From the sequence record OR880646.1: a DNA stretch of 64,000 nucleotides; one strand, written 5' to 3'. Shown here piece after piece: positions 36,705 to 47,168 of the stretch. The position numbers were made by a program, and so were the translations under genes. Source of the stretch: Escherichia phage ECP2301. The notes under the pieces were generated by a model that saw only the letters and a program-made list of their open reading frames with translations, was not told the DNA's origin and searched no databases. Each line of letters starts with the position of its first letter. Within the stretch, counting starts at the first letter, position 1.

Positions 36705-36779
36705 GGTGGCCCTGGGTGGAATTGAACCACCATCTGGCGATTATGAGTCGCTTGCTTGAACCTTCCAGCTACAGGGCCT
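36705..36779 (-). tRNA. tRNA with anticodon CAU (Ile2-type as in T4, or Met)
   Basis: Acceptor GGCCCTG/CAGGGCC, anticodon loop CTCATAA, T-loop GGTTCAATTCC, CCA encoded. Confidence 0.7.
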
Positions 36780-36780
36780 T

Positions 36781-36856
36781 GGTGCTGATTGACGGAATTG
36801 AACCGCCGACCTTCTCATTACAAGTGAGTTGCTCTACCTACTGAGCTAAATCAGCA
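36781..36856 (-). tRNA. tRNA-Thr (anticodon UGU)
   Basis: Acceptor GCTGATT/AATCAGC, anticodon loop CTTGTAA, CCA encoded. Confidence 0.8.
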
Positions 36857-36861
36857 AAACT

Positions 36862-36951
36862 GGCGGAGGCGATAGGATTTGAACCTATGAGTCGCCGGAG
36901 CGACTGCCGGTTTTCAAGACCGGTGCATTAAACCACTCTGCCACGCCTCCA
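36862..36951 (-). tRNA. tRNA-Ser (anticodon UGA), type II
   Basis: Acceptor GGAGGCG/CGCCTCC, anticodon loop CTTGAAA, long variable arm, CCA encoded, 90 nt. Confidence 0.8.
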
Positions 36952-36953
36952 GT

Positions 36954-37027
36954 CTCCATACAAGGATTTGAACCTTGGACCTCCTGATCCCAAATCAGGC
37001 GCTCTACCAAACTGAGCTACACGGAGT
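36954..37027 (-). tRNA. tRNA-Pro (anticodon UGG), CCA not encoded
   Basis: Anticodon loop TTTGGGA; 2 nt upstream of tRNA-Ser, forming a Pro-Ser dimer as in T4. Confidence 0.8.
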
Positions 37028-37036
37028 AAATTAAAT

Positions 37037-37111
<75 letters not shown>

Positions 37112-37116
37112 AATTT

Positions 37117-37203
37117 GGTGCGAGAAGTGGGACTCGAACCCACAAGGAAATCATTCCGCAGCATTTTAAGTGCTGTGCCTTTACCAATTTGGCCATTCTC
37201 GCG
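37117..37203 (-). tRNA. tRNA-Leu (anticodon UAA), type II
   Basis: Acceptor GCGAGAA/TTCTCGC, anticodon loop CTTAAAA, long variable arm, CCA encoded. Confidence 0.8.
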
Positions 37204-37204
37204 C

Positions 37205-37277
37205 TGGGAATAAAGGACTCGAACCTTTGCATCCTGGAATCAAAATCCAGTGCCTTACCAACTTGGCTAATTCCCAA
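37205..37277 (-). tRNA. tRNA-Gln (anticodon UUG), CCA not encoded
   Basis: Acceptor TGGGAAT/ATTCCCA, anticodon loop TTTTGAT; 1 nt upstream of tRNA-Leu (Gln-Leu dimer as in T4). Confidence 0.8.
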
Positions 37278-37373
37278 TTATTAACAAAGGCTCTTAAGCA
37301 AGAACCCTTGATGATAGAGGGTATTAATCAGTGCGATATGAGTTAATAATAACAAATAATTCTTAAAGCATAT

Positions 37374-37667
37374 TTACCATTTATGATAATACATATTTAC
37401 GATGCATTCAAGACCCAAAGGATTCTTGAAAATATCATATTCAAGAGGACCTTTTTCTGTTTCAATAAAGAAATCAAAATTTACTGTATTAAATTTACGG
37501 TCTTCCTTTACTAATTTAACTTGAGAAGATGAACGGTCAATGTAAACCTTTTCAACTTCAAAACATGTTAAAATGCCATAATCATCAATCAAGGCTTTAG
37601 CTGCTTCTTGATCATATTTATATCCATTTTCAATGGATGATACTTTCGCATAAAGAATCATTATCAA
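37374..37667 (-). CDS. hypothetical protein
   Basis: 97-aa ORF. Confidence 0.5.
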   Translation of the reverse strand: MIMILYAKVSSIENGYKYDQEAAKALIDDYGILTCFEVEKVYIDRSSSQVKLVKEDRKFNTVNFDFFIETEKGPLEYDIFKNPLGLECIVNMYYHKW

Positions 37668-38044
37668 CCTTCATCAACAATAGTATGCGTATTGGCATTT
37701 ACAATTTGCCACCAATCAAAGCGATTAGAACCATAATCTGGTTTGTTTTCATTTTCTTTGATAATGTCACGGAGTTCATCTTCAGTGGCGGCTTTCGCGA
37801 TTAAATCAGCATATCCACCACGAGGATAATAATTATCACCTGCAAAAAGTAAAAAGTTTGGTTTAATGTTATTGAACTCTTCAAGAGTAATAACTTTTCC
37901 TGACGGTTGAACAATCTCTACATATTTATATCCCAATTTTTGAGCAGCATCTACTGCTTCAAGCAAAGTATCATGAGCCCATCCAATTTGACAACCTGGC
38001 TTTTCAGATGGATTAGCCTGATAATCCGCATACACTTTGTACAT
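37664..38044 (-). CDS. hypothetical protein
   Basis: ORF track 139 aa; start moved to MYKVYADYQ. Confidence 0.5.
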   Translation of the reverse strand: MYKVYADYQANPSEKPGCQIGWAHDTLLEAVDAAQKLGYKYVEIVQPSGKVITLEEFNNIKPNFLLFAGDNYYPRGGYADLIAKAATEDELRDIIKENENKPDYGSNRFDWWQIVNANTHTIVDEG

Positions 38045-38045
38045 T

Positions 38046-38231
38046 CTATTCACCTTTAGAAATTTTATCCATAACGATAGCAATTAAACCAATTAAAAAT
38101 GCTACTACAAGTGAAAAAACATTTTCTGCTGTAGTCAATAATCCACATATAAATCCAACAAACATTGAAAAACTAAAAGCAGAAGCAGAAATTGCAATAG
38201 CAACATTTCGAATTAATTCACAACGTTTCAT
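38046..38231 (-). CDS. small membrane protein
   Basis: 61 aa, two hydrophobic segments; preceded by SD and early promoter. Confidence 0.5.
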   Translation of the reverse strand: MKRCELIRNVAIAISASAFSFSMFVGFICGLLTTAENVFSLVVAFLIGLIAIVMDKISKGE

Positions 38232-38255
38232 TTTATTCTCCTCAGTAGTTGATAG

Positions 38256-38311
38256 GGTAATAGTATCACAACTAAAACCCTATGTAAACAACTTTGTGAA
38301 ATTATTTTAAA
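38256..38311 (-). promoter_or_regulatory. early promoter with duplicated 31-nt upstream block
   Basis: Minus strand GTTTACatagggttttagttgTGaTACTAT; upstream block atgtaaacaactttgtgaaattattttaaatc repeated at 38609-38639. Confidence 0.5.
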
Positions 38312-38559
38312 TCTTCTAATCGTTTCTTCATCTTAGAACCGTTCTTAGCGATTTCGCCTGCATCTGAGCATAATGCTAAAAGTGCTTTAACTTTAGTTTG
38401 GTCTCCTTTAAAAGATGAAGGATCGACTGCAGCAGCAAGTTCTTTAATACGAGAGAAAAGACGCTCAGCTTCAGCTAAAGCCATTCCAAGCTTTACTTCC
38501 ATACCGTGGGAAGATTCAGTGATAGTAGTTTTTGTAGCAAACTCTTTGAAAGTTTTCAT
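38302..38559 (-). CDS. small internal-protein-like ORF (ipI position; weak CTS-like N-terminus)
   Basis: 85 aa beginning MKTFKEFATK; sits between tRNA cluster and 57B where T4 has ipI. Confidence 0.4.
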   Translation of the reverse strand: MKTFKEFATKTTITESSHGMEVKLGMALAEAERLFSRIKELAAAVDPSSFKGDQTKVKALLALCSDAGEIAKNGSKMKKRLEDLK

Positions 38560-38585
38560 TTTATTTTCCTAATTAATTTTGATGA

Positions 38586-39328
<743 letters not shown>

Positions 39329-39329
<1 letters not shown>

Positions 39330-40042
39330 TATAGTACCTTTAGTGTATTTTTAATTTTAGAAAAAAGTTCTTCAAGAGAACCATCGTTTGTAATTACTAA
39401 ATCGCCATCACGAATTGGCAATCCAGCTTCTGTAATATGTGTATCATTGGATTTTTGACCAGGACGAACTACATGAATTACTGTAGCACCCATCGCCCTA
39501 GCCGCATCCATTTCATGATCTTGACGAGTATCAGGAACGATATAATAATCATAACCTGAGTTAAATTTATCAAGATAATCTAAAGCAAATAATTTTACCC
39601 AATACATGCGGTCGAAGTTATTAACAATCAAATCCGTACCTAGGGCTTGCATCAGACGACGGACTGACCATTGATCTTCAATATTATTTATAACGTCAGC
39701 AATCTTATTAAATGCTACGAAATTAACTGCGTCATCAAAAACAAATACGCCTTTAATTGGGCTTTTACTATTAAGATAGCAAAATGCTTGTTCCATAATC
39801 GTAATTACTTCTAATTTAGTCAGATTTAAATTAGTCTCACGATCATAGTCAATTCCTTCAAACTCTTTACGAGTTAAGCAAGGATAGTCAGTGTTTGCTG
39901 CAAATACACCCCATGCATAAGCCAATGCATCCTTAATAGGACCAGCAAGTTGATATTTAACTGCAGAATAATTATTCATGATAAAATCTGCAGTAGTATC
40001 TTTTCCACTACGCTTTACACCACTTAAAAAGATTAGTTTCAT
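39329..40042 (-). CDS. 1: deoxynucleoside monophosphate kinase
   Basis: 237 aa; MKLIFLSGVKRSGKDTTADFI P-loop; matches T4 gp1. Confidence 0.92.
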
Positions 40043-40091
40043 ATGTTTCTCCTCAAATTTAGTTAAGATTATAACACATGAAACTGAAGCA

Positions 40092-40622
40092 TTAAACTTC
40101 TGCTATAATTTTGCCATCTTTTTCTACTTGAAAATACGTATAAGGAATCGTTGCTGTGCATACTAAAGCTGGGTCTGAATCTTCCGTGTAGCTAAATTCT
40201 ACTTCAGACAGGTCAGAAACCCAGGGCTTATAAAAATTTATTGACATCACGATTTCAGTTTTACTATTATCTAAAATGTAAAGCGTAATGTATTCAGGAC
40301 CTGTTTTTTGGGCAGTATTTTCGCCTGTAAGATAGTTACTAGTTCCTAGCATCCATTCATACATTCCTATCCATGACTTAAGCTCTTCATCAACTATAAA
40401 TCTCACGATGAGTGGATCATACTCAAATGTAACTCCTGGACGCTGTGCTCGGCCTAGTCCAAACGGTCCAGTCACGGTATCAGTAACAGGTATCCTAATT
40501 CCTGGAATAGGAACTGACTGAGCATTTAAAGTAAAAGCAGATGTAGTATTACTATGTGGTATTGATACTACAAAGTTAGTTGTATTTGCTTGGTTAAAAA
40601 TTTGTTGTAGTGCTTGCGACAT
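40092..40622 (-). CDS. 3: tail sheath stabiliser / tail completion protein gp3
   Basis: Start set at MSQALQQIF to give 176 aa as T4 gp3; ORF track extends 27 codons upstream. Confidence 0.8.
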   Translation of the reverse strand: MSQALQQIFNQANTTNFVVSIPHSNTTSAFTLNAQSVPIPGIRIPVTDTVTGPFGLGRAQRPGVTFEYDPLIVRFIVDEELKSWIGMYEWMLGTSNYLTGENTAQKTGPEYITLYILDNSKTEIVMSINFYKPWVSDLSEVEFSYTEDSDPALVCTATIPYTYFQVEKDGKIIAEV

Positions 40623-40728
40623 ATATTCCTCATAATGCTTCATAAATGTTGGTGGTATAATGGGTCTAAGTCCCTTCCATTCAATTCCAATTAGAACAAA
40701 CAATAGAAAAGAATGGAAGATAATAGAA

Positions 40729-41553
40729 TTAGATATTTGACCAGACTTTGTTTGCAGAGAAACGTTTTCCTTTTGAAACGAACTGCTGAAGTGGCATTAA
40801 CACAACGTTCGCCCAGTCTTTCGGGGCGATTTCAACAAGGCTACCCATGATATTACCGGGTATATATGCCTTAATCATTTGATCTGCACCCCTAAATCCT
40901 TTCACTTGACTCCAATCAATTTTTAATTTCGTTTTATTAGTAATAGTAGGTGTATTTGAATATTGCTTTAAAAGCTCTTCTAGAAATTGCTGACGAGCTT
41001 TAGGTGGAATATAGTGCAAGTTCAATCCGTACATTAAATTATGTTTACCTAAACCAAGATAAATTATCAAAGGAAATTTATCCCAGTAAGGAAGAGTTTC
41101 CTTGTGTTTAGCATCATAAGCAAAAGCATATATTCGTCCCGGCTGCGGGCGAACAACTTTATGTCCTTTTACTTGTTTAATAGTTTCAGCAAACCACTTT
41201 TTGGTTTTATTATTAATTGCTGCACCTTCATTACGAATTTTATCACGCAATGTTTGCCTGAATGAATTTATCATAAGCAGTTGTCTTTCTTGCTTATTGA
41301 GTTTATTCATTGGTTTTGATTCAAGCTTTTGAATCTTTTCAGCTGTTTTAATTCCTGAAGCATATTTTGACATTGCTGAAGTAAACGTAGAGTATTTGAT
41401 TCCTCTTTCTTCGGCAAATTGCTTTCCTGTCATTCCTTTTGCTTTGGCCTTTTTGTATTCAAGACCTATCTGAATCCATTTCTTTTCGTTTAATGATTGC
41501 TTAACCTTTGGAACTTGGGGAGTGCTTTCATTAATTATTTGAAAAATAGCCAT
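40729..41553 (-). CDS. 2: DNA end protector protein gp2
   Basis: 274 aa, same length as T4 gp2; basic protein. Confidence 0.85.
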   Translation of the reverse strand: MAIFQIINESTPQVPKVKQSLNEKKWIQIGLEYKKAKAKGMTGKQFAEERGIKYSTFTSAMSKYASGIKTAEKIQKLESKPMNKLNKQERQLLMINSFRQTLRDKIRNEGAAINNKTKKWFAETIKQVKGHKVVRPQPGRIYAFAYDAKHKETLPYWDKFPLIIYLGLGKHNLMYGLNLHYIPPKARQQFLEELLKQYSNTPTITNKTKLKIDWSQVKGFRGADQMIKAYIPGNIMGSLVEIAPKDWANVVLMPLQQFVSKGKRFSANKVWSNI

Positions 41554-42005
41554 TATGCCCCCTTAAAGCCAAGAGCTCGTAATCCATCTTCTGTTAGAAT
41601 TCTAAATTTTATTCCACGCTTTTCAGCTAAAGCTTGCGCTGCTTTCCATTTGTCAGTATTAACGGAATATGTATAAATTTCATTCATAAATCTTTTCTTC
41701 GCTGCAGTTGTTAGATGTGCTGGTTTAACTGGTGGTTGTGTTTCTTTTTTAGGTTTTATTTCAATAAAAAATTCTTGTCCAGAAGAATCTTTCATCCAAA
41801 TATCCATGAAGTATCTACGTTTTTTCCCTTCTGCATTACAAAAATAAGGAATTACTGCTGTTTCACTACCCCATGCAATAATTTCTGGATTTTTATCTAA
41901 CCATTCAAAAAAGAATTTTTCCCAATTTGATCTATACGTAATTTTTTTAGGGTCACCTCTATATTTTGATATATTTTTAGGAACCCATTTTCCAGAATAT
42001 GCCAT
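41553..42005 (-). CDS. 4: head completion protein gp4
   Basis: 150 aa, same length as T4 gp4; divergent from gene 53. Confidence 0.85.
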   Translation of the reverse strand: MAYSGKWVPKNISKYRGDPKKITYRSNWEKFFFEWLDKNPEIIAWGSETAVIPYFCNAEGKKRRYFMDIWMKDSSGQEFFIEIKPKKETQPPVKPAHLTTAAKKRFMNEIYTYSVNTDKWKAAQALAEKRGIKFRILTEDGLRALGFKGA

Positions 42006-42016
42006 TGGATTCTCCT

Positions 42017-42024
42017 TATAAATA
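42017..42024 (+). promoter_or_regulatory. late promoter TATAAATA for gene 53
   Basis: Exact TATAAATA 29 nt upstream of the 53 start codon. Confidence 0.7.
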
Positions 42025-42052
42025 GATAATATATTTATAAACAGGAGGGCCC

Positions 42053-42643
42053 ATGCTCTTTACATTTTTTGATCCGATTGAATATGCGGCCAAAACGGTG
42101 AATAAAAACGCGCCGACTATTCCTATGACAGATATTTTTAGAAACTATAAAGACTATTTCAAACGTGCTCTTGCGGGATACCGCTTACGTACTTATTATA
42201 TTAAAGGTTCACCACGCCCGGAAGAATTAGCAAATGCTATATATGGAAATCCGCAGTTGTATTGGGTTTTATTGATGTGTAATGATAATTATGATCCGTA
42301 TTATGGATGGATTACTTCGCAAGAAGCTGCTTATCAAGCATCTATACAAAAATACAAAAACGTAGGTGGAGACCAAATAGTATATCATGTGAATGAAAAT
42401 GGTGAAAAATTTTATAATTTAGTATCATATGATGATAATCCATATGTTTGGTATGACAAAGGCGATAAAGCTAGAAAATATCCTCAATATGAAGGAGCAC
42501 TTGCTGCGGTCGATACGTATGAAGCTGCTGTTCTTGAAAATGAAAAACTTCGTCAAATAAAAATAATAGCAAAATCAGACATCAATTCATTTATGAACGA
42601 CCTTATACGTATAATGGAGAAATCTTATGGAAATGATAAGTAA
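42053..42643 (+). CDS. 53: baseplate wedge protein gp53
   Basis: 196 aa; first gene of plus-strand late module. Confidence 0.85.
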   Translation: MLFTFFDPIEYAAKTVNKNAPTIPMTDIFRNYKDYFKRALAGYRLRTYYIKGSPRPEELANAIYGNPQLYWVLLMCNDNYDPYYGWITSQEAAYQASIQKYKNVGGDQIVYHVNENGEKFYNLVSYDDNPYVWYDKGDKARKYPQYEGALAAVDTYEAAVLENEKLRQIKIIAKSDINSFMNDLIRIMEKSYGNDK

Positions 42644-44354
42644 TAACCTTAATTGGTTTGTTGGTGTTGTTGAAGATAGAATGGACCCATTAAAATTAGG
42701 TCGTGTTCGTGTTCGTGTAGTTGGTCTGCATCCACCTCAAAGAGCACAAGGCGACGTAATGGGTATTCCAACTGATAAATTACCATGGATGTCAGTTATT
42801 CAACCTATAACTTCTGCAGCAATGTCTGGAATTGGAGGCTCCGTTACTGGTCCGGTAGAAGGAACTAGAGTTTATGGTCATTTTTTAGACAAATGGAAAA
42901 CTAACGGAATTGTCCTTGGCACGTATGGTGGAATAGTTCGCGAAAAGCCTAATAGACTTGAAGGATTTTCTGACCCGACTGGACAGTATCCTAGACGTCT
43001 AGGAAATGATACTAACGTATTAAACCAAGGCGGAGAAGTAGGATATGATTCGTCTTCTAATATTATCCAAGACAGTAATCTAGACACTGCGATAAATCCT
43101 GATGATAGACCGCTGTCAGAAATTCCAACTGATGATAATCCAAATATGTCAATGGCTGAAATGCTTCGCCGTGATGAAGGATTAAGACTAAAAGTTTATT
43201 GGGATACTGAAGGATATCCGACAATTGGTATTGGTCATCTTATCATGAAGCAGCCAGTTCGTGATATGACTCAAATTAATAAAGTTTTATCAAAACAAGT
43301 TGGTCGTGAAATTACCGGAAATCCAGGTTCTATTACAATGGAAGAAGCGGTAACTTTATTTGAACGTGATTTGGCTGATATGCAACGTGACATTAAATCA
43401 CATTCTAAAGTTGGCCCAGTTTGGCAGGCAGTTAATCGTTCTCGTCAAATGGCATTAGAAAATATGGCATTTCAGATGGGTGTTGGCGGTGTAGCTAAAT
43501 TTAACACAATGTTAACTGCTATGTTAGCCGGAGATTGGGAAAAGGCATATAAAGCTGGTCGTGATTCATTGTGGTATCAACAAACAAAAGGCCGTGCATC
43601 CCGTGTTACCATGATTATTCTTACGGGTAATTTGGAATCATACGGTATTGAAGTGAAAACATCGGCTAGGTCTTTGTCAGCAATGGCTGCTACTGTAGCA
43701 AAGTCTTCTGATCCAGCTGACCCTCCTATTCCGAATGATTCGAGAATTTTATTTAAAGAACCTGTTTCTTCATATAAAGGTGAATATCCGTATGTTCACA
43801 CAATGGAAACTGAAAGCGGTCATATTCAGGAATTTGATGATACCCCTGGGCAAGAACGATACAGATTAGTTCATCCGACTGGAACATATGAGGAAGTATC
43901 ACCGTCAGGAAGAAGAACAAGAAAAACTGTTGATAATTTGTATGATATAACAAATGCTGATGGTAATTTTTTGGTAGCTGGCGATAAAAAGACTAACGTC
44001 GGTGGGTCAGAAATTTATTACAACATGGATAATCGTCTCCACCAAATAGATGGAAGCAATACAATATTTGTGCGTGGCGATGAAACTAAGACGGTTGAAG
44101 GTAATGGAACTATCCTAGTAAAAGGTAATGTTACTATTGTAGTTGAAGGTAATGCTGACATTACAGTTAAAGGAGATGCTACCACTTTAGTTGAAGGAAA
44201 TCAGACTAATACAGTAAATGGAAATCTTTCTTGGAAAGTTGCTGGGACAGTTGATTGGGACGTTGGTGGTGATTGGACAGAAAAAATGGCATCTATGAGT
44301 TCTATTTCATCTGGTCAATACACAATTGATGGATCGAGGATTGACATTGGCTAA
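42627..44354 (+). CDS. 5: baseplate hub subunit and tail lysozyme gp5
   Basis: 575 aa; internal lysozyme domain MAEMLRRDEGLRLKVYWDTEGYPTIGIGHL; C-terminal VxGxxxxx beta-helix repeats. Confidence 0.95.
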   Translation: MEMISNNLNWFVGVVEDRMDPLKLGRVRVRVVGLHPPQRAQGDVMGIPTDKLPWMSVIQPITSAAMSGIGGSVTGPVEGTRVYGHFLDKWKTNGIVLGTYGGIVREKPNRLEGFSDPTGQYPRRLGNDTNVLNQGGEVGYDSSSNIIQDSNLDTAINPDDRPLSEIPTDDNPNMSMAEMLRRDEGLRLKVYWDTEGYPTIGIGHLIMKQPVRDMTQINKVLSKQVGREITGNPGSITMEEAVTLFERDLADMQRDIKSHSKVGPVWQAVNRSRQMALENMAFQMGVGGVAKFNTMLTAMLAGDWEKAYKAGRDSLWYQQTKGRASRVTMIILTGNLESYGIEVKTSARSLSAMAATVAKSSDPADPPIPNDSRILFKEPVSSYKGEYPYVHTMETESGHIQEFDDTPGQERYRLVHPTGTYEEVSPSGRRTRKTVDNLYDITNADGNFLVAGDKKTNVGGSEIYYNMDNRLHQIDGSNTIFVRGDETKTVEGNGTILVKGNVTIVVEGNADITVKGDATTLVEGNQTNTVNGNLSWKVAGTVDWDVGGDWTEKMASMSSISSGQYTIDGSRIDIG

Positions 44355-44388
44355 TATACTTCCAATGAGCGCTGATTTAGGAGAATCC

Positions 44389-44883
44389 ATGGAAGGTTCT
44401 TCTATCGACGTCACCTTTACCGCTCAATTAGAAACAGGTGAAACGTTAGTATCTATAAATATAACTAGTTACGAAGAAACTCCTGGGGTTTTAGTAGAAG
44501 AAAATCGTTTATATGGAACGTATGAATCTGTATTTGGATTTGGAAATGATGCATTGAAATATCGTTTAGATAATGAATTTAAAACTGCTGCTTCATGGGA
44601 AGACCTTCCAACTGATTCTAATACTCAGTTATATTTATGGAAAGCTCCTCAAAACCTCCAGAAGACATTCACTTACGAAGTAACATTAATATATGACTAC
44701 CAAGAACAAGGTGAATCTGGAGGTTCTGGCAGTAATTCTAGGTCATCTTCTGATACTACTGAACCGACGAATCCTCCAGCTCCAATAAGAAAAACTCTTG
44801 TTAAAAATTATACAAAAACTATAGTTGGAAATTGGAGTCGTTGGGCTAATAAATTGAGAAGCTACGTGTATGAGAGGCCATAA
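44389..44883 (+). CDS. 5.1: baseplate-associated protein gp5.1
   Basis: Start set at MEGSSIDV (AGGAG 6 nt upstream); ORF track extends into gene 5. Confidence 0.6.
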
Positions 44884-45177
44884 ATGTCAGGATTAAGTTA
44901 TGATAAGTGTGTTACTGCCGGCCATGAAGCATGGCCTCCAACAGTTGTGAATGCTACGCAAAGTAAAGTATTCACTGGAGGAATTGCTGTTCTCGTAGCA
45001 GGCGATCCAATTACAGAACATACAGAAATTAAAAAGCCATATGAAACACATGGCGGAGTGACACAACCTAGAACTTCTAAGGTATATGTCACTGGAAAGA
45101 AAGCTGTTCAAATGGCTGATCCAATATCATGCGGTGATACAGTGGCTCAGGCATCATCTAAAGTATTCATTAAATAG
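44884..45177 (+). CDS. 5.4: PAAR-repeat spike tip protein gp5.4
   Basis: 97 aa, small PAAR-like protein directly after 5.1. Confidence 0.8.
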
Positions 45178-45185
45178 GATTTAAA

Positions 45186-47168
45186 ATGGCAAATACCCCT
45201 GTAAATTATCAATTAACAAGAACAGCAAATGCTATTCCCGAGATATTCGTCGGGGGTACATTTGCTGAAATAAAACAAAACCTCATTGAATGGCTTAATG
45301 GTCAAAATGAATTTTTGGATTATGATTTTGAAGGCTCAAGATTAAACGTTCTGTGCGACCTTTTGGCTTATAATACATTATACATTCAGCAGTTTGGTAA
45401 TGCTGCCTTGTATGAAAGCTTTATGCGTACTGCTAATTTGCGTAGTTCAGTAGTTCAAGCTGCACAAGATAATGGATATTTACCTACTTCAAAATCAGCT
45501 GCTCAAACTGAAATTATGCTAACTTGCACAGACGCATTGAATAGAAATTACATTACTATTCCTCGTGGTACTCGCTTTTTAGCATATGCAAAAGATACTT
45601 CAGTTAATCCTTACAACTTTGTATCTACCGAAGATGTTATTGCTATTCGCGATAAAAATAACCAATATTTTCCACGTTTAAAATTAGCCCAGGGGCGTAT
45701 AGTAAGAACTGAAATCATTTATGATAAATTAACACCTATTATCATTTATGACAAAAATATAGATAGAAACCAAGTTAAACTATACGTTGATGGAGCAGAA
45801 TGGATTAACTGGACAAGAAAGTCAATGGTTCATGCTGGTTCTACATCGACAATTTACTACATGCGTGAAACTATTGATGGAAATACTGAGTTTTATTTTG
45901 GTGAAGGTGAGATTTCTGTTAATGCGGCAGAAGGAGCATTGACTGCTAATTATATTGGAGGTCTTAAACCTACCCAGAACTCTACGATTGTTATTGAGTA
46001 CATCAGTACTAACGGTGCAGATGCGAATGGTGCAGTCGGATTTTCATACGCAGATACATTGACAAATATAACTGTCATTAACATTAATGAAAATCCAAAC
46101 GATGACCCAGATTTTGTTGGGGCAGATGGCGGCGGTGATCCAGAAGATATTGAACGTATTCGCGAATTGGGTACTATTAAACGCGAAACCCAGCAACGCT
46201 GCGTAACTGCGACTGACTATGATACATTCGTTTCAGAGAGATTTGGTTCTATTATTCAAGCAGTTCAGACGTTCACTGATTCTACTAAACCTGGTTATGC
46301 ATTTATTGCTGCTAAACCTAAATCAGGTCTGTATTTAACTACCGTACAGCGCGAAGATATTAAAAATTATCTCAAAGACTATAATTTAGCTCCTATTACA
46401 CCGTCAATTATTTCTCCTAATTATCTTTTTATTAAGACTAATTTAAAAGTCACATATGCTTTAAATAAGCTGCAAGAATCCGAACAGTGGCTCGAAGGTC
46501 AAATAATTGATAAAATTGATCGTTATTATACCGAAGATGTAGAAATTTTTAACTCGTCTTTCGCTAAATCTAAGATGTTGACATATGTAGATGATGCAGA
46601 TCATTCTATCATTGGCTCATCAGCGACAATTCAAATTGTTCGTGAAGTACAAAACTTCTATAAAACGCCTGAAGCAGGTATTAAATACAATAATCAAATA
46701 AAAGATCGTTCTATGGAATCTAATACGTTTTCATTTAATTCTGGACGAAAGGTTGTAAATCCTGATACTGGTTTAGAAGAAGATGTATTATATGACGTTC
46801 GCATAGTATCAACAGACCGAGATTCTAAAGGAATTGGTAAAGTTATTATTGGTCCATTTGCTTCTGGCGATGTTACAGAAAATGAAAACATTCAACCATA
46901 TACAGGCAACGATTTTAACAAATTAGCAAATTCTGATGGACGCGACAAATACTATGTTATCGGTGAAATAAATTATCCAGCTGATGTGATTTATTGGAAT
47001 ATCGCTAAAATTAATTTAACATCTGAAAAATTTGAAGTTCAGACTATCGAATTATATTCTGACCCAACCGATGATGTTATTTTTACTCGCGACGGTTCAC
47101 TGATTGTATTTGAAAATGACTTACGTCCACAATACTTAACTATCGATTTGGAGCCTATATCACAATGA
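45186..47168 (+). CDS. 6: baseplate wedge protein gp6
   Basis: 660 aa as T4 gp6. Confidence 0.92.
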   Translation: MANTPVNYQLTRTANAIPEIFVGGTFAEIKQNLIEWLNGQNEFLDYDFEGSRLNVLCDLLAYNTLYIQQFGNAALYESFMRTANLRSSVVQAAQDNGYLPTSKSAAQTEIMLTCTDALNRNYITIPRGTRFLAYAKDTSVNPYNFVSTEDVIAIRDKNNQYFPRLKLAQGRIVRTEIIYDKLTPIIIYDKNIDRNQVKLYVDGAEWINWTRKSMVHAGSTSTIYYMRETIDGNTEFYFGEGEISVNAAEGALTANYIGGLKPTQNSTIVIEYISTNGADANGAVGFSYADTLTNITVININENPNDDPDFVGADGGGDPEDIERIRELGTIKRETQQRCVTATDYDTFVSERFGSIIQAVQTFTDSTKPGYAFIAAKPKSGLYLTTVQREDIKNYLKDYNLAPITPSIISPNYLFIKTNLKVTYALNKLQESEQWLEGQIIDKIDRYYTEDVEIFNSSFAKSKMLTYVDDADHSIIGSSATIQIVREVQNFYKTPEAGIKYNNQIKDRSMESNTFSFNSGRKVVNPDTGLEEDVLYDVRIVSTDRDSKGIGKVIIGPFASGDVTENENIQPYTGNDFNKLANSDGRDKYYVIGEINYPADVIYWNIAKINLTSEKFEVQTIELYSDPTDDVIFTRDGSLIVFENDLRPQYLTIDLEPISQ

